Positions 50,370 through 62,455 of a stretch of DNA of 64,000 nucleotides are shown in pieces (the stretch's first letter is position 1; every line of letters begins with the position of its first letter). The DNA lies in the NCBI GenBank assembly GCA_965199715.1, contig OZ241322.1, positions 1,600,001 through 1,664,000 on the forward strand, given 5' to 3'. Below the pieces are notes generated by a model. That model did not search any database. It saw only the letters and a list, made by a program, of their open reading frames with translations, and had not been told where the DNA came from. The stretch is from Vicinamibacteria bacterium. Its GTDB lineage: Bacteria > Acidobacteriota > Vicinamibacteria > Marinacidobacterales > Marinacidobacteraceae. The translations under genes were made by a program, and so were the position numbers.

Positions 50370-51629
50370 GTGATCTGGACGGCGGCCGCGGCGCTCGCCG
50401 CGATCACGCTGCTCTCGGGGTTCTTCTCCGGTTCGGAGACGGCCCTGACCGCGGCGCGCTGGCACCGGATCCGGGCGATGGGAAAGAGCCGCCGCCGCGC
50501 CGAGGCGGTCCGCCGCGTCACCGAGCGTCCCGAACGGTTCCTCGCCTCGATCCTCATCGGCAACGTGTTCGTGAACACGCTGGCCGGGGTGCTGATGACC
50601 ACGGTCCTCGCGATCGGCGCGACCTCGCCCGAAAGCCGGGTGCGGGCGGCCACGATCGCGACCGTCGTCACCACCGTGGCGCTCCTCGTCTTCGGCGAGA
50701 TGGTCCCGAAATCGGTCGCCGCCCGTCGCCCGGAAGCGTGGGCGCTCGCGGCCATCCGCCCGGTGCAGGTCGTCTTCCGGTTCCTCGGGCCGGTCGCCGG
50801 CCTCCTCGAGTGGGTCGCGGCGCAGGTGCTGCGGGTGTTCGGGTTCGCTCCGCAGCAGCGGCGCGGAGGGCTCAGCGCGGCCGAGCTGCGGGCCATGGTC
50901 GAGGCGAGCGACCCGGACCGCGAGGCCGAGCTGATGGCCCAGTTGGTGCGGGTCACCGGGCGGCGGCTCACCGAGGTCATGACCCCTCGCCGCGACGTCG
51001 CCGCGCTCTCCGAAGGCGCCGGGGCCGTCGAGGCGATCCGCCTGTTCCGGGAACGCCACCACTCGCGGGTGCCGGTCTATCGGGGCAGCCTCGACAACGT
51101 ACTCGGCGTGCTCCACGTCCACGACGTCCTCGAGGCGGCCGCCTTCGGAGCGCCGCTGCGGCTCGAACGAAGCATCCGCCAGGCGCACTACGCGCCCGGC
51201 GCCGCGACGCTCAGCCAGGCGCTCCAGACCATGCGCGAATCGGGGAGCCGCATGCTCATCGTCGTGGACGAGCACGGCGGCGTGGAGGGACTCGTCACGC
51301 TGCGGAAGCTCCTCGAGATCGTCGGCGATCCCGAGCCCGACGCGCTGCGCCGCCTTCCCGACGGGAGCCTCAGCGTGAGCGGGGCGCTCGCGGTGGCCGA
51401 GGCCAACCGCCTCCTCGAGGCGGAGGGCGTCGAATGGACGATCCCGCTCCACGACGACTACGACACCGTGGCCGGATACGCGCTCAAGCGGTTCGGGCGG
51501 ATTCCGCAACCGGGCGACGCGACCCGCGACCGGGGGGCGGAGATCGCGGTCGCGAGCCTCGACGCGAACCGCATCGACCGGGTGCGCATCGTGCCCGAGG
51601 ACGAGGACACGGGTGACGAAGCGGCCTGA
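50370..51629 (+). CDS. CNNM/CBS/CorC (HlyC/TlyC) membrane protein
   Basis: FFSGSETAL, FGEMVPK, VMTPR, HSRVPVY, VVDEHGG, YDTVAG. Confidence 0.9.
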   Translation: MIWTAAAALAAITLLSGFFSGSETALTAARWHRIRAMGKSRRRAEAVRRVTERPERFLASILIGNVFVNTLAGVLMTTVLAIGATSPESRVRAATIATVVTTVALLVFGEMVPKSVAARRPEAWALAAIRPVQVVFRFLGPVAGLLEWVAAQVLRVFGFAPQQRRGGLSAAELRAMVEASDPDREAELMAQLVRVTGRRLTEVMTPRRDVAALSEGAGAVEAIRLFRERHHSRVPVYRGSLDNVLGVLHVHDVLEAAAFGAPLRLERSIRQAHYAPGAATLSQALQTMRESGSRMLIVVDEHGGVEGLVTLRKLLEIVGDPEPDALRRLPDGSLSVSGALAVAEANRLLEAEGVEWTIPLHDDYDTVAGYALKRFGRIPQPGDATRDRGAEIAVASLDANRIDRVRIVPEDEDTGDEAA

Positions 51630-52611
51630 CCTCCGCAAGGCGCTCGCGCAGCTTCCGGCCCGGTCCGGACGGCTGCGTCTCGGGATCGGACTTTCGGGCG
51701 GACGGGACTCGACGGCGCTCGTCCGGCTGCTCGCGGCGCTCGACCCGCGCCCGGCGCTCGTCGGCCTCCATCTCGACCACGCGCTGCGTCCCGACTCGGG
51801 GGATCAGGCCCGCTTCGTCCGCCGCCTCGGCGCCGAGCTCGGGATCCCGGTCGTCGAACGCCGCGAGGACGTGGCCGTCCGCGCCCGGGAATCCCGTCGG
51901 CCGGTCGAGGAAGCCGGACGGCTCGCTCGGCTGGACTTCTTCGCCCGCGAGGCGCAGGAACGCGACCTGGACGCGGTCGCGGTCGCCCACACCCGCAGCG
52001 ACCAGGCCGAGACCCTGCTGCTGCAGCTCGCGCGGGGAGCGGGAGGACTGGGACTCTCGGCGATGCCGGTCGTGCGGACGGGTCCCCGCGGCTTCCGGCT
52101 CTTCCGACCGCTGCTCGGGGTCCCCCGCGCCGAACTCGCGGCGCTCGCCGAAGCCGAGGGCTGGGAGTGCTACGCGGACCCGTGGAACGAGGACGACCGC
52201 TTCGCCCGGGTGCGGGTCCGCAAGCGCGTGCTCCCGTGCCTCGAGGAAGAGCTCAACCCGCAGGCCGAGCGCGCGCTGGCCCGGACCGCGCGCCTGCTGC
52301 GGGACGACGAGGCATGGCTCGCCGAAGCCGCCCGCGCCCGCTTCGAGGAGCTCGCGGGCGGGGAGGACCCGGTGCGCCTCCCGGTCCGGGCCCTGGCCGG
52401 CTTGCACCCCGGGCTCGCCCGCCGCGTCCTGCGCGAGGCGATCCGCTCGGCCCGGGGACACCTGCGGCGGATCGAGCTGGTGCACGTCGAGGCGGTTTGG
52501 GACCTCGTCCGGACCCCGCGCCGCGGCGCGTCGCTCGACCTGCCCGGCGTCGTCGTGCGCATCGAGGAGCGCGGGGACCGAACCCTCATCGTGGCGGCTC
52601 GCCCGGTATAA
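51613..52611 (+). CDS. tilS: tRNA(Ile)-lysidine synthetase
   Basis: [25 protein letters not shown]; upstream of ftsH. Confidence 0.92.
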   Translation: MTKRPDLRKALAQLPARSGRLRLGIGLSGGRDSTALVRLLAALDPRPALVGLHLDHALRPDSGDQARFVRRLGAELGIPVVERREDVAVRARESRRPVEEAGRLARLDFFAREAQERDLDAVAVAHTRSDQAETLLLQLARGAGGLGLSAMPVVRTGPRGFRLFRPLLGVPRAELAALAEAEGWECYADPWNEDDRFARVRVRKRVLPCLEEELNPQAERALARTARLLRDDEAWLAEAARARFEELAGGEDPVRLPVRALAGLHPGLARRVLREAIRSARGHLRRIELVHVEAVWDLVRTPRRGASLDLPGVVVRIEERGDRTLIVAARPV

Positions 52612-52612
52612 T
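52607..52612 (+). promoter_or_regulatory. Consensus -10 box upstream of ftsH, overlapping the tilS stop
   Basis: TATAAT, rare in this high-GC DNA, 46 nt before the ftsH start. Confidence 0.55.
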
Positions 52613-52658
52613 CGACCATGAGCGTTTCTCAGGGTCCGAGCGTGGGGAAGGCCGCAGC

Positions 52659-54575
<1,917 letters not shown>

Positions 54576-54591
54576 CGGAGCGCCGTTCCTC

Positions 54592-55440
54592 TTGACCGAC
54601 AGCCTCGGCGAGTTCCTGGCCGCGCTGGCGGAGCGGCTTTCGTTCGCCGCCGTGGTCGATATCCTGCTGGTGGCGGTGGCGATCCACCTGCTGCTCCGGC
54701 TCATCGAGGGGCGGCGCGCGTCGCAGATGGCGTTCGGCACCGTCATCCTCGGCGGCGCGCTCGTGCTGACCGGGTCCAGCCCGCTCGGGCTGACCACGGT
54801 CCAGTGGATCGTCCGCAACGCCGCGCCCTACGTGGGCATCGCCCTGATCGTGCTCTACCAGGCGGAGATCCGCCGGGGACTCGCCCGCCTCGGCGGCGGC
54901 GGGCTCGCGTTCCGGCCCGGGCGCCACGCCGAAAACCAGCGGAACCGCACGCTCCGGGTGCTGGCGGACGCCGCCACGAGGCTCTCTCGCAGCCGCCTCG
55001 GCGGCATCATCGTCTGGCAGGGACGGATCGGCCTGAAGAGCTACCAGGACACCGGACGCCTGGTCGGGGCGAGGCTGAGCGCGGACCTGCTGCTCGCGGT
55101 GTTCCAGCCGGGATCGCCGCTCCATGACGGCGCGGCGATCGTGGCCGGCAACCGCATCGTGGCCGCCCGCTGTCTCCTCCCGATGACCGTCCAGGAAGCC
55201 GACGTGGGCGGGACGCGGCACCGGGCGGCGCTCGGCCTCACCGAGGAAACCGACGCCACGGTGCTGGTCGTCTCCGAGGAGACCGGACGGGTCAGCGTGG
55301 TCTCCGAGGGCGAGATCTACCCGGTGACCGACCGCGACGACCTCGAGGCGACCCTCGCCCGCTTCCGGCCCGACGACCGCGTCCACGACGAGGCGGAGCG
55401 GGTTCCCGAGTCCGCGACCTACGGGGAGGCCGTCCGGTGA
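54592..55440 (+). CDS. cdaA: Diadenylate cyclase CdaA
   Basis: Three TM segments, LHDGA and GTRHRAA motifs, VSEETG. Confidence 0.9.
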   Translation: MTDSLGEFLAALAERLSFAAVVDILLVAVAIHLLLRLIEGRRASQMAFGTVILGGALVLTGSSPLGLTTVQWIVRNAAPYVGIALIVLYQAEIRRGLARLGGGGLAFRPGRHAENQRNRTLRVLADAATRLSRSRLGGIIVWQGRIGLKSYQDTGRLVGARLSADLLLAVFQPGSPLHDGAAIVAGNRIVAARCLLPMTVQEADVGGTRHRAALGLTEETDATVLVVSEETGRVSVVSEGEIYPVTDRDDLEATLARFRPDDRVHDEAERVPESATYGEAVR

Positions 55441-56423
55441 GCGCCCCGGGTTCGGCTTCCAGGCGGTTCCGCGCCGGCGAACTGGGGCGGGCGGCCGTGT
55501 CGCTGGCGCTCGCCTTCGGCCTGTGGTTCGTCGTCGGCGACGAGGACGGGGCCGAGATCCTCGCGCAGGTGCCGTTGGAGCTGCGCAACGTTCCGCCCGG
55601 CCACGAGGTGGTCGATCAGTCGGTGAACGAAGTCGAGGTGCGTCTGCGCGGGTCCTCGCGGCTGCTGCGCGAGGTGCCCCTGCCCGAGCTGCGCGCCTTC
55701 GTGGACCTCTCGGGCGAGGACCCGGGCGAGCGCACGTGGTTCCTCTCGGCGGACGCGGTGGAGGCGCCCGCCGGAGTCGAGGTCATGCGGGTGGAGCCGT
55801 CGTCGCTGCTGCTCCGGCTGGACCAGACGGTCACCCGCGAGGTCTTCGTGAGCGAGCGCGTCCTCGGCGAGCCCGCCGCCGGGTTCGAGATCTACTCGAT
55901 CGAGATCGAGCCGCGCGAGCTGTCCATCCGGGGGCCGGAGTCGCTGCTCGCGGATCTCCAGCAGGTCACGACCGAGCCGATCTCGGCGGACGGACTCCGG
56001 GAGAGTTACGCCAGCACGCTCGGCGTGGAGCTGTCGCCCGCGCTCCGGCCGAGCGTGCGCCGGGTCGAGCTGGAGCTGCGCATCGGCCCCGAGCGCGAAT
56101 CCATGGAGCTCGCGCTGTCGCTGCGGCGGGCCGAGGACGAGCTCGGCGACCCGGTGGAATGCGCGTGGGAGCCGGCCTCGCTGCGGGCGGCGTTGCGGGT
56201 TCCGCCGGAGCTCGTCTCGAGGGTGTCCGCCGAGACGCTCTTCGCCGAGGTGTCGTGCTCGGGACTGCCGCCGGGCGACCATGAGGTCGCGCCGGCGCTC
56301 GTCTTCCCCGACGATCCCGACGCGGCGATCGAGGCGACCTCGTTCGCCCCGGAGACAGTGATGGTGCGGGTGCTGCTTCCCGAGGCAGACGCGACCGAGA
56401 CGCCGGCCTGGGGAGGACCGTGA
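55437..56423 (+). CDS. cdaR: CdaR/YbbR-like regulator
   Basis: N-terminal TM segment then YbbR-like repeats; GTGA overlap with cdaA. Confidence 0.8.
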   Translation: MSAPGSASRRFRAGELGRAAVSLALAFGLWFVVGDEDGAEILAQVPLELRNVPPGHEVVDQSVNEVEVRLRGSSRLLREVPLPELRAFVDLSGEDPGERTWFLSADAVEAPAGVEVMRVEPSSLLLRLDQTVTREVFVSERVLGEPAAGFEIYSIEIEPRELSIRGPESLLADLQQVTTEPISADGLRESYASTLGVELSPALRPSVRRVELELRIGPERESMELALSLRRAEDELGDPVECAWEPASLRAALRVPPELVSRVSAETLFAEVSCSGLPPGDHEVAPALVFPDDPDAAIEATSFAPETVMVRVLLPEADATETPAWGGP

Positions 56424-57073
56424 CGGCGGTGCCGCGCCGGCGCTCCACGATCCGCGAGTACTTCGAGTCGTTGTGCGTCGCGGTGGTGCTCGCGCTCTTC
56501 CTGCGGACGTTCGTCTTCCAGAACTTCGTGATCCCGACCGGCTCGATGGAGGAGAGCCTGCTCATCGGCGACCACCTGCTGGTGAACAAGATGCTCTACC
56601 ATGACGCCGGCGTCCCACTGCTCCCCACGGCGGAGATCGAGCGCGGGGATGTCGTCGTGTTCAAGTTCCCCGAGGATCCCGAACGCGACTTCATCAAGCG
56701 GGTGATCGGGCTCTCCGGCGAGACGGTCACGGTGAGGCCGCGCGGCGTCTCCATCGACGGGCGGCCGCTCGAGGAGGACTACACCCAGTTCCTGTACGGC
56801 GGGGGCCGGGGCGAGCGCGACTACCGGGTGCCCGAGGGGCACGTGTTCGTGATGGGCGACAGTCGGGACAACAGCGACGACAGCCGCTTCTGGGGCGCGC
56901 TGCCGCAGGGCCACATCAAGGGCAAGGCGCTGTTCATCTACTGGTCCTACGACGCGCCGCGGGAGGAGTACCTCGAGACGAGCGTGGCCCGCCAGGCGAT
57001 GGACCTGCTGCTGGTACCGTTCCGGTTCGTCCAGCGCACGCGCTGGGAGCGGTTCTTCGAAAGCGCGAGCTGA
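56420..57073 (+). CDS. lepB: Signal peptidase I
   Basis: IPTGSME, DFIKRVIG, GDSRDNSDDSRFWG. Confidence 0.93.
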   Translation: MTAVPRRRSTIREYFESLCVAVVLALFLRTFVFQNFVIPTGSMEESLLIGDHLLVNKMLYHDAGVPLLPTAEIERGDVVVFKFPEDPERDFIKRVIGLSGETVTVRPRGVSIDGRPLEEDYTQFLYGGGRGERDYRVPEGHVFVMGDSRDNSDDSRFWGALPQGHIKGKALFIYWSYDAPREEYLETSVARQAMDLLLVPFRFVQRTRWERFFESAS

Positions 57074-57076
57074 CGG

Positions 57077-57745
57077 CTACCGGGGGCCGAAGATCGCGGT
57101 CCCGACCCTGACGGTCGTGGCGCCTTCGGCGATGGCGACCTCGAAGTCGTGGCTCATCCCCATCGAGAGCTCCGGCGGATCGGGCAGGAGGCCGGCGGCG
57201 GCCGATCGTTCGGCGAGCTCGCGCAGGCGGGCGAACCACGGCCGCACCCGCTCGGGGTCAGGATCGAACGGCGGGATCAACATGAGTCCCCGGACGGAGA
57301 GCCGGTCCAGCGGGCCGAGCGCCTCGAGCGCCCCGGGAAGCTCCGCCTCGGGAATGCCGGACTTGGCCTCCTCGCCGGCGAGATCCACCTGGGCGAACAC
57401 CGCGAGCTTCGTTTCGGCCAGCCGGTTCAGGCGGGCGGCGAGCCGCACGCTGTCCACCGACTGGATGACCGGGAAGAGTCCGACCGCGAGCCGCGCCTTG
57501 TTGCTCTGGAGGTGGCCGATCAGGTGGGCGGTGATGGGCGCCTGGACCAGCGGCAGCTTGGCGGCGGCCTCCTGGACCCGGTTCTCGCCGAAATGGCGCA
57601 ACCCGACCGCGACGGCGGCCTCGATGGCGGCCGCCGGACGGGTCTTCGAGACCGCGACGAGGGTGACTTCGGCGGGATCGCGCCCGGCCGCCTCCGCGGC
57701 CCGGCGGACGCGCTCCTGAACCGACTCGATCCGTTCCCGAATCAC
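57077..57745 (-). CDS. yggS: PLP-binding homeostasis protein YggS
   Basis: VAVSKT, FGENRVQE, HLIGHLQSNK, LSMGMSHDF, VRVGTAIFG. Confidence 0.93.
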   Translation of the reverse strand: MIRERIESVQERVRRAAEAAGRDPAEVTLVAVSKTRPAAAIEAAVAVGLRHFGENRVQEAAAKLPLVQAPITAHLIGHLQSNKARLAVGLFPVIQSVDSVRLAARLNRLAETKLAVFAQVDLAGEEAKSGIPEAELPGALEALGPLDRLSVRGLMLIPPFDPDPERVRPWFARLRELAERSAAAGLLPDPPELSMGMSHDFEVAIAEGATTVRVGTAIFGPR

Positions 57746-59646
57746 AGCGTCTTCAGGAAGGCCACCGCCTCGGCCTCGTCGGTGATGAGCGGGTAGTCGG
57801 GAAGGCTGCCCACGATGCGCTTGCCGTAGCGGGCCGTGACGAGGCGGGAGTCGAGCACCGCCGCGAGGCCCCGGTCGGTCCCCGAGCGAATGAGCCGCCC
57901 GAGGCCCTGCTTCAGGCTGAGCGCCGCCTCGGGAACCGAGTAATTCATGAACCCATTGCCACTTTCCGCCTCCACGCGATCCACGCGCGCCTTCTGGAGC
58001 GGATCGTCCGGAACCGAGAACGGGAGCCGGTCGATGACCAGCAGCGAGAGCGCATCGCCCCGCACGTCCACGCCCTCCCAGAACGAGCGGGTTCCCAGCA
58101 GCACCGCGTTGGGGGTCGTCCGGAACTGGTCGAGAAGACCGGCGGCCCCCGATCCCCACCGCTGACGGATCACCGTCTGGCTTACGAGTCTCGGGAGGAT
58201 GGCCGCAACCTGGTTCAAGCTCTTCCAGCTCGTGAACAGCACGAGCGCCCGGCCCCGGCTCGCGGCGACGAGTCGGGCCACGGTTCTCGCGGCGGCGTCG
58301 CCGAAATTCGCCTCGTTGGGGTTCGGCATCTTCGGCGCTACGTACAGCCGGGCGTTCGTGCCGTAGTCGAACGGCGACGGGTGGATCGCGGTGGCCGGCG
58401 ACTCCACGCCGAGCTGGTCGGCCGCGTAGCCGAACTCGCCGTCCACGGCGAGCGTCGCCGAGGTCAGCACCGCCGCCCGCATCTCCGAGAACAGCCACTC
58501 CTTCAATTCGGCTCCCGGATGCACCGGGGCCGAATGGAGCGAACTCACCCGCTTCCGCTCCTTGCCGGGCTGCTGGCGATGGAAGGCGCACCAGACGACC
58601 CGGTTTTCCCTCGGCGCGAGGATGTTCCCCAGCGCGTCCGACAGCTCGCCGATCTCGTGGGCGACTCCCGCCAGACCCTCCCGGTCGTCTTCGGCGACGA
58701 TGCGGTTCACGTCGTCGAGATGCGCGAGGCAGGCGTCCCGCGACCTGACGACGGCGGAATCCAGCCTCTTGGCTTCGAGCACCCGCTTCCCGTCGCCGTC
58801 GTCCGGCTCGATGGCGTCGAAGAGGCGCCGGTAGGACTGCACGAAGCGATCCAGGTGCGCCGGAGGGCGCTTGCCCGCCTCGTTCAGGAACGACTTCACG
58901 CTCCTCGCGAGCGTCTCCGCCGCCGAAGAGGTGATCTCCAGCCGGAAGCTGCTCGTGGCGGCCCCCTCCAACCGGTGCGCCTCGTCCACGACGACCGTGT
59001 CGTAGTCGGGGAGCACGAACCCGCCCACCGCCAGATCAGCGACCAGGAGCGCGTGGTTCACGACCAGGATCCGCGCGTCCTCGGCGCGGGCGCGCGCCTT
59101 CGTAAGGAAGCAGTCCTCGAAGAGTTTGCATTCCTTGCCGGAGCAGTTCTCGGGAGCGGCGGCGAGCGCCCCGAAGAAGTCGAACTCTCCGATCTCCGCC
59201 GCGATCTCGTCCCGGTCGCCAGTCTCGGTCGCGGATGCCCACTTTCCGAAGCGCTTCAGGTCGCGCCGGCGTTCCGCACGCAGCGTCGGGGGCGCTTCGT
59301 AGTCCGCCCATAGCCGACGGCATAGGTAATTCCGACGCCCCTTCAACCGCGCCACGGGAACGTCAATGCCCAGGATCCGCTGGACGAACGGAAGGTCCTT
59401 GTCGAACAACTGGTCCTGGAGGGCCTTCGTCGCGGTCGAGACCACGACGCGCCCGCTGCCGAGCAGCGCCGGCAGGAGGTACGCCCATGACTTCCCGATC
59501 CCGGTGCCCGCCTCCACCATGAGATTCCCGCCGTTCTCGAGCGCGTCCTGGACCTCGTCGGCCATCCGCGCCTGGCCCGCGCGGCATTCATACCCCGGGG
59601 TCTGCGACAGCGCTCCCCCCGGGCGGAAGAAGTCCGACGCCCGCAC
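57742..59646 (-). CDS. dinG: DinG/YoaA family Fe-S DNA helicase
   Basis: EAGTGIGKS, four-Cys cluster, DEAH, FWEGVDV, QGLGRLIRS. Start approximate. Confidence 0.9.
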   Translation of the reverse strand: MRASDFFRPGGALSQTPGYECRAGQARMADEVQDALENGGNLMVEAGTGIGKSWAYLLPALLGSGRVVVSTATKALQDQLFDKDLPFVQRILGIDVPVARLKGRRNYLCRRLWADYEAPPTLRAERRRDLKRFGKWASATETGDRDEIAAEIGEFDFFGALAAAPENCSGKECKLFEDCFLTKARARAEDARILVVNHALLVADLAVGGFVLPDYDTVVVDEAHRLEGAATSSFRLEITSSAAETLARSVKSFLNEAGKRPPAHLDRFVQSYRRLFDAIEPDDGDGKRVLEAKRLDSAVVRSRDACLAHLDDVNRIVAEDDREGLAGVAHEIGELSDALGNILAPRENRVVWCAFHRQQPGKERKRVSSLHSAPVHPGAELKEWLFSEMRAAVLTSATLAVDGEFGYAADQLGVESPATAIHPSPFDYGTNARLYVAPKMPNPNEANFGDAAARTVARLVAASRGRALVLFTSWKSLNQVAAILPRLVSQTVIRQRWGSGAAGLLDQFRTTPNAVLLGTRSFWEGVDVRGDALSLLVIDRLPFSVPDDPLQKARVDRVEAESGNGFMNYSVPEAALSLKQGLGRLIRSGTDRGLAAVLDSRLVTARYGKRIVGSLPDYPLITDEAEAVAFLKTL

Positions 59647-59651
59647 CGGAG

Positions 59652-60926
59652 TCAGGCGGATTCCACGTAGAGCGGGAACCCCGACGCCATCTCCGCCACC
59701 TCGCCCTCGATCCGGCCCAGCAGCGCCTCGTCGTCGGGAGCGCGCAGCGCCCGGTCGAGGAACCCCGCCACGAGCTTCATCTCCGCCTCGTTCATCCCGC
59801 GGGTGGTCAGCGCCGCCGTCCCGAGGCGAAGCCCGCTCGCGACCATCGGCTTTTCCGGATCGAAGGGGATCGTGTTCTTGTTGGCGGTGATCCCCGCCGC
59901 CTCCAGCGCGACCTCGGCGACCCGCCCGGTCACGCCCCGGGGCCGCAGATCGACCAGCAGCAGGTGGTTGTCGGTGCCTCCAGACACCAGCCGGAACCCG
60001 TGCCCCATGAGCGCCTCGCCGAGCGCCTTCGCGTTCGCCACGACCTGACGGGCGTACACGGCGAACGCCGGATCCAGCGCCTCGCCGAAGCAGACCGCCT
60101 TCGCCGCGACCGTGTGCATCATCGGTCCACCCTGGATCCCGGGGAACGTGACGCGGTTCAGCGCCTTCGAGAGGTTCTTGCGGTTCCACAGGACGAGCCC
60201 GCCGCGCGGCCCCCGCAGCGTCTTGTGCGTGGTCGTGGTGACGACGTCCGAGTGCGGGAGCGGGTTCGGCAGCGCGCCGCCCGCGACCAGCCCGGCGATG
60301 TGGGCCATGTCGGTGATGACCGCGGCCCCGATCTCGTCGGCGATCTCACGGATCTCGGGGTTCGGGAGGATGCGCGGGTAGGCGCTCGCCCCGACCATGA
60401 TCATCCTCGGGCGGTGCTCGCGGGCCAGATCGCGCAACTGGTCGAGGTCCAGCCGCTCGTCCTCGCGGCGCACTCCGTAGGGGATGACCCGGTACAACTG
60501 GCCGGAGAAGTTGAGCGGATGCCCGTGGGTCAGGTGGCCGCCCTGGTCGAGCGCCATCCCGAGGTACGCGTCCCCCGGCTCGAGGAGCGCCATGTAGGCG
60601 ACCATGTTGGCCTGGCTGCCGCTGTGCGGCTGGACGTTGGCCCACTTCGAGCCGAAGAGCCGCTTCACCCGGTTCCGCGCCAGCGTCTCCGCCCGGTCCA
60701 CGTGGACGCAGCCGCCGTAGTACCGCCGCCCGGGATAGCCCTCGGCGTACTTGTTGGTCATCACCGAGGCGTTCGCCTCCAGGACCGCGTCGCTCGCGAA
60801 GTTCTCGGAGGCGATCAGTTCGAGCCCGAGCGACTGGCGGACTTCCTCGTCCCGGATGGACTCCGCGATCTCGGGATCCCGGTCGGCGAGGGCGGGGCCG
60901 AACCGGCGCCGTCGGAAGTCGGGCAT
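59652..60926 (-). CDS. glyA: Serine hydroxymethyltransferase
   Basis: [35 protein letters not shown]. Confidence 0.96.
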   Translation of the reverse strand: MPDFRRRRFGPALADRDPEIAESIRDEEVRQSLGLELIASENFASDAVLEANASVMTNKYAEGYPGRRYYGGCVHVDRAETLARNRVKRLFGSKWANVQPHSGSQANMVAYMALLEPGDAYLGMALDQGGHLTHGHPLNFSGQLYRVIPYGVRREDERLDLDQLRDLAREHRPRMIMVGASAYPRILPNPEIREIADEIGAAVITDMAHIAGLVAGGALPNPLPHSDVVTTTTHKTLRGPRGGLVLWNRKNLSKALNRVTFPGIQGGPMMHTVAAKAVCFGEALDPAFAVYARQVVANAKALGEALMGHGFRLVSGGTDNHLLLVDLRPRGVTGRVAEVALEAAGITANKNTIPFDPEKPMVASGLRLGTAALTTRGMNEAEMKLVAGFLDRALRAPDDEALLGRIEGEVAEMASGFPLYVESA

Positions 60927-60950
60927 CGCCCGGCAAGTATAGGTTTGGGG

Positions 60951-61820
60951 TCAGGCCAGATACGCCGCCGCGAACCCCGCCTGCGCGAACAGCATCATCA
61001 GGTACATGTGCCGCCACGAGACGTGGTTGCTCTCGGTCGCCAGCTCGTCGGGACGGCGCAGCATCAGCCAGGCGACGAAGGCCCCCCACGCCATGAGCGC
61101 GGCGGCCAGAAGGTCCAGAAGCAAGGGATCGCCGCTGAGGACGCCCATCCGGGTTCCGACCGGGATCAGCAGGAACGGGAGCACGAGGAACGGCGCGATC
61201 CGCCGGGCCGCGCCCTTCGGCCCGTAGCGGATCGGCAGCGTGCGGCAGCCGTCCAGCTTGTCTCCCTCGGCGTCGGAGAAGTCCTTGGTCGCGGTCGCGC
61301 CCAGCAGGAACAGCCCGAAGGTCGCGCCGAGGAACCACGGCTCCGGGTCCAGCACGGTCGCGACCGCCGACCACCCGGCGGCCTTGAGCAGCAGGCCCCG
61401 CGGAATCGCGATCGTCAGGTTGGCCAGCATCCCGCGCCGCTTCGTGCGAAGCGGCGGGGCCGAGTACGCCCACGTCAGCGCCGACGCCGCGGCGGCGAGG
61501 GCGAAGTACTCGAGCCCCACCGGAACGGCGAACAGGAGCGCGAGCACCCACGTGACGACGACGAACTTCCGCGCCTCGGGGAGGCTGAGCCGTCCCGACG
61601 GAAGCGGCCGGCCCGGCTTGACGACGCGGTCGATCGGCAGGTCGTGGATCTGGTTCAGCCCGTTGCTCGCCGCGTTCAGGAGCGCCGCCGAGAGCGCGCC
61701 GAGCAGCGGCCCCGCGAGCGGGATCGGCCCTTCGCCGGCCCACGCGGTCGCGCTCCCGCTGAGCAGCCCGGCGACCGGGAGCAGCAGCGTGAACGGGCGG
61801 GCGAACTCGAGCCGGATCAC
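60951..61820 (-). CDS. UbiA superfamily prenyltransferase (HPT/ChlG/DGGGPS-like motifs)
   Basis: RPFTL, NQIHDLPIDRVVKPGRPLPSG, YSAPPLR, KDFSDAEGD. Confidence 0.85.
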   Translation of the reverse strand: MIRLEFARPFTLLLPVAGLLSGSATAWAGEGPIPLAGPLLGALSAALLNAASNGLNQIHDLPIDRVVKPGRPLPSGRLSLPEARKFVVVTWVLALLFAVPVGLEYFALAAAASALTWAYSAPPLRTKRRGMLANLTIAIPRGLLLKAAGWSAVATVLDPEPWFLGATFGLFLLGATATKDFSDAEGDKLDGCRTLPIRYGPKGAARRIAPFLVLPFLLIPVGTRMGVLSGDPLLLDLLAAALMAWGAFVAWLMLRRPDELATESNHVSWRHMYLMMLFAQAGFAAAYLA

Positions 61821-62455
61821 CGCGAGACCAGGACGCCGAGGAGCGCCCCGAAGATCCCCGAGACCAAGTTCACGCCGTCGCCGCTGAGGAGTCCTCTCGT
61901 CTCGAGCGGCGCGAGCAGCCCCTCGGCGAACGCGGCGAGGAATCCGGCCCCCGCGACGGGAAGGACGAGCCGGCCGGGAAGCGGCAGGACGAGCGCCGCC
62001 GCCCCGGCCACGACGAGCGCCGCGCCGAGCCCGGCCGCGGAGCCGACGAGGCTGACCGCGCCCTCGGTCCCGGCCGGAACCCGCCGGAAGTCCGGCAGCC
62101 GCCGGGGCGTCCCGCCGAACGCCTTGCCGATCTCGGCGGAGACCGTGTCCGCGGCGGCAGTCGCGAGCGCGGCGACGAACCCGCCGAGCCACGCCGGGCC
62201 GGCGAGCGCGCACAGCGCCGCCGGCAGCCCGTTCGCGAGCGCCTGCCGACCGCCCCGCGCCTCCGGCTCGCCGATCCGGGTCGCCGCCGATCCGACCACG
62301 AAGAACAGAACGAGCAGCGCGTAGCCGCCCCAGCCGAGCCCGACCGCGACCGCCGCCCCGAGCGCCGCGCCGGCGACCGCGCCGGACGCCCGCACCGTCC
62401 CGAGCCGCCAGCCGAGCGCGGCCAGCGCCGCGTTCAGCAGCAGGAGAACGGCCAT
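61817..62455 (-). CDS. DUF92 (TMEM19/VTE6-like) membrane protein
   Basis: RGGRQALANG, ADTVSAEIG, VPAGTEGAVSLVG; TGATG overlap with lptD. Confidence 0.85.
   Translation of the reverse strand: MAVLLLLNAALAALGWRLGTVRASGAVAGAALGAAVAVGLGWGGYALLVLFFVVGSAATRIGEPEARGGRQALANGLPAALCALAGPAWLGGFVAALATAAADTVSAEIGKAFGGTPRRLPDFRRVPAGTEGAVSLVGSAAGLGAALVVAGAAALVLPLPGRLVLPVAGAGFLAAFAEGLLAPLETRGLLSGDGVNLVSGIFGALLGVLVSR

Noticed and set aside
50314-50373. 19-codon ORF (MDSDSVPEP...) ending in a GTGA overlap with the CNNM gene start
   Set aside because: Too short to support; it could be chance or a frameshifted N-terminus, and there is no independent evidence.
54592-56423. Dinucleotide cyclase as anti-phage signalling
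   Set aside because: Ordinary cdaA-cdaR pair in the usual ftsH neighbourhood.
57742-59646. DinG as a type IV CRISPR or defence component
   Set aside because: Housekeeping context (glyA, yggS), Fe-S cysteines present, no cas genes.
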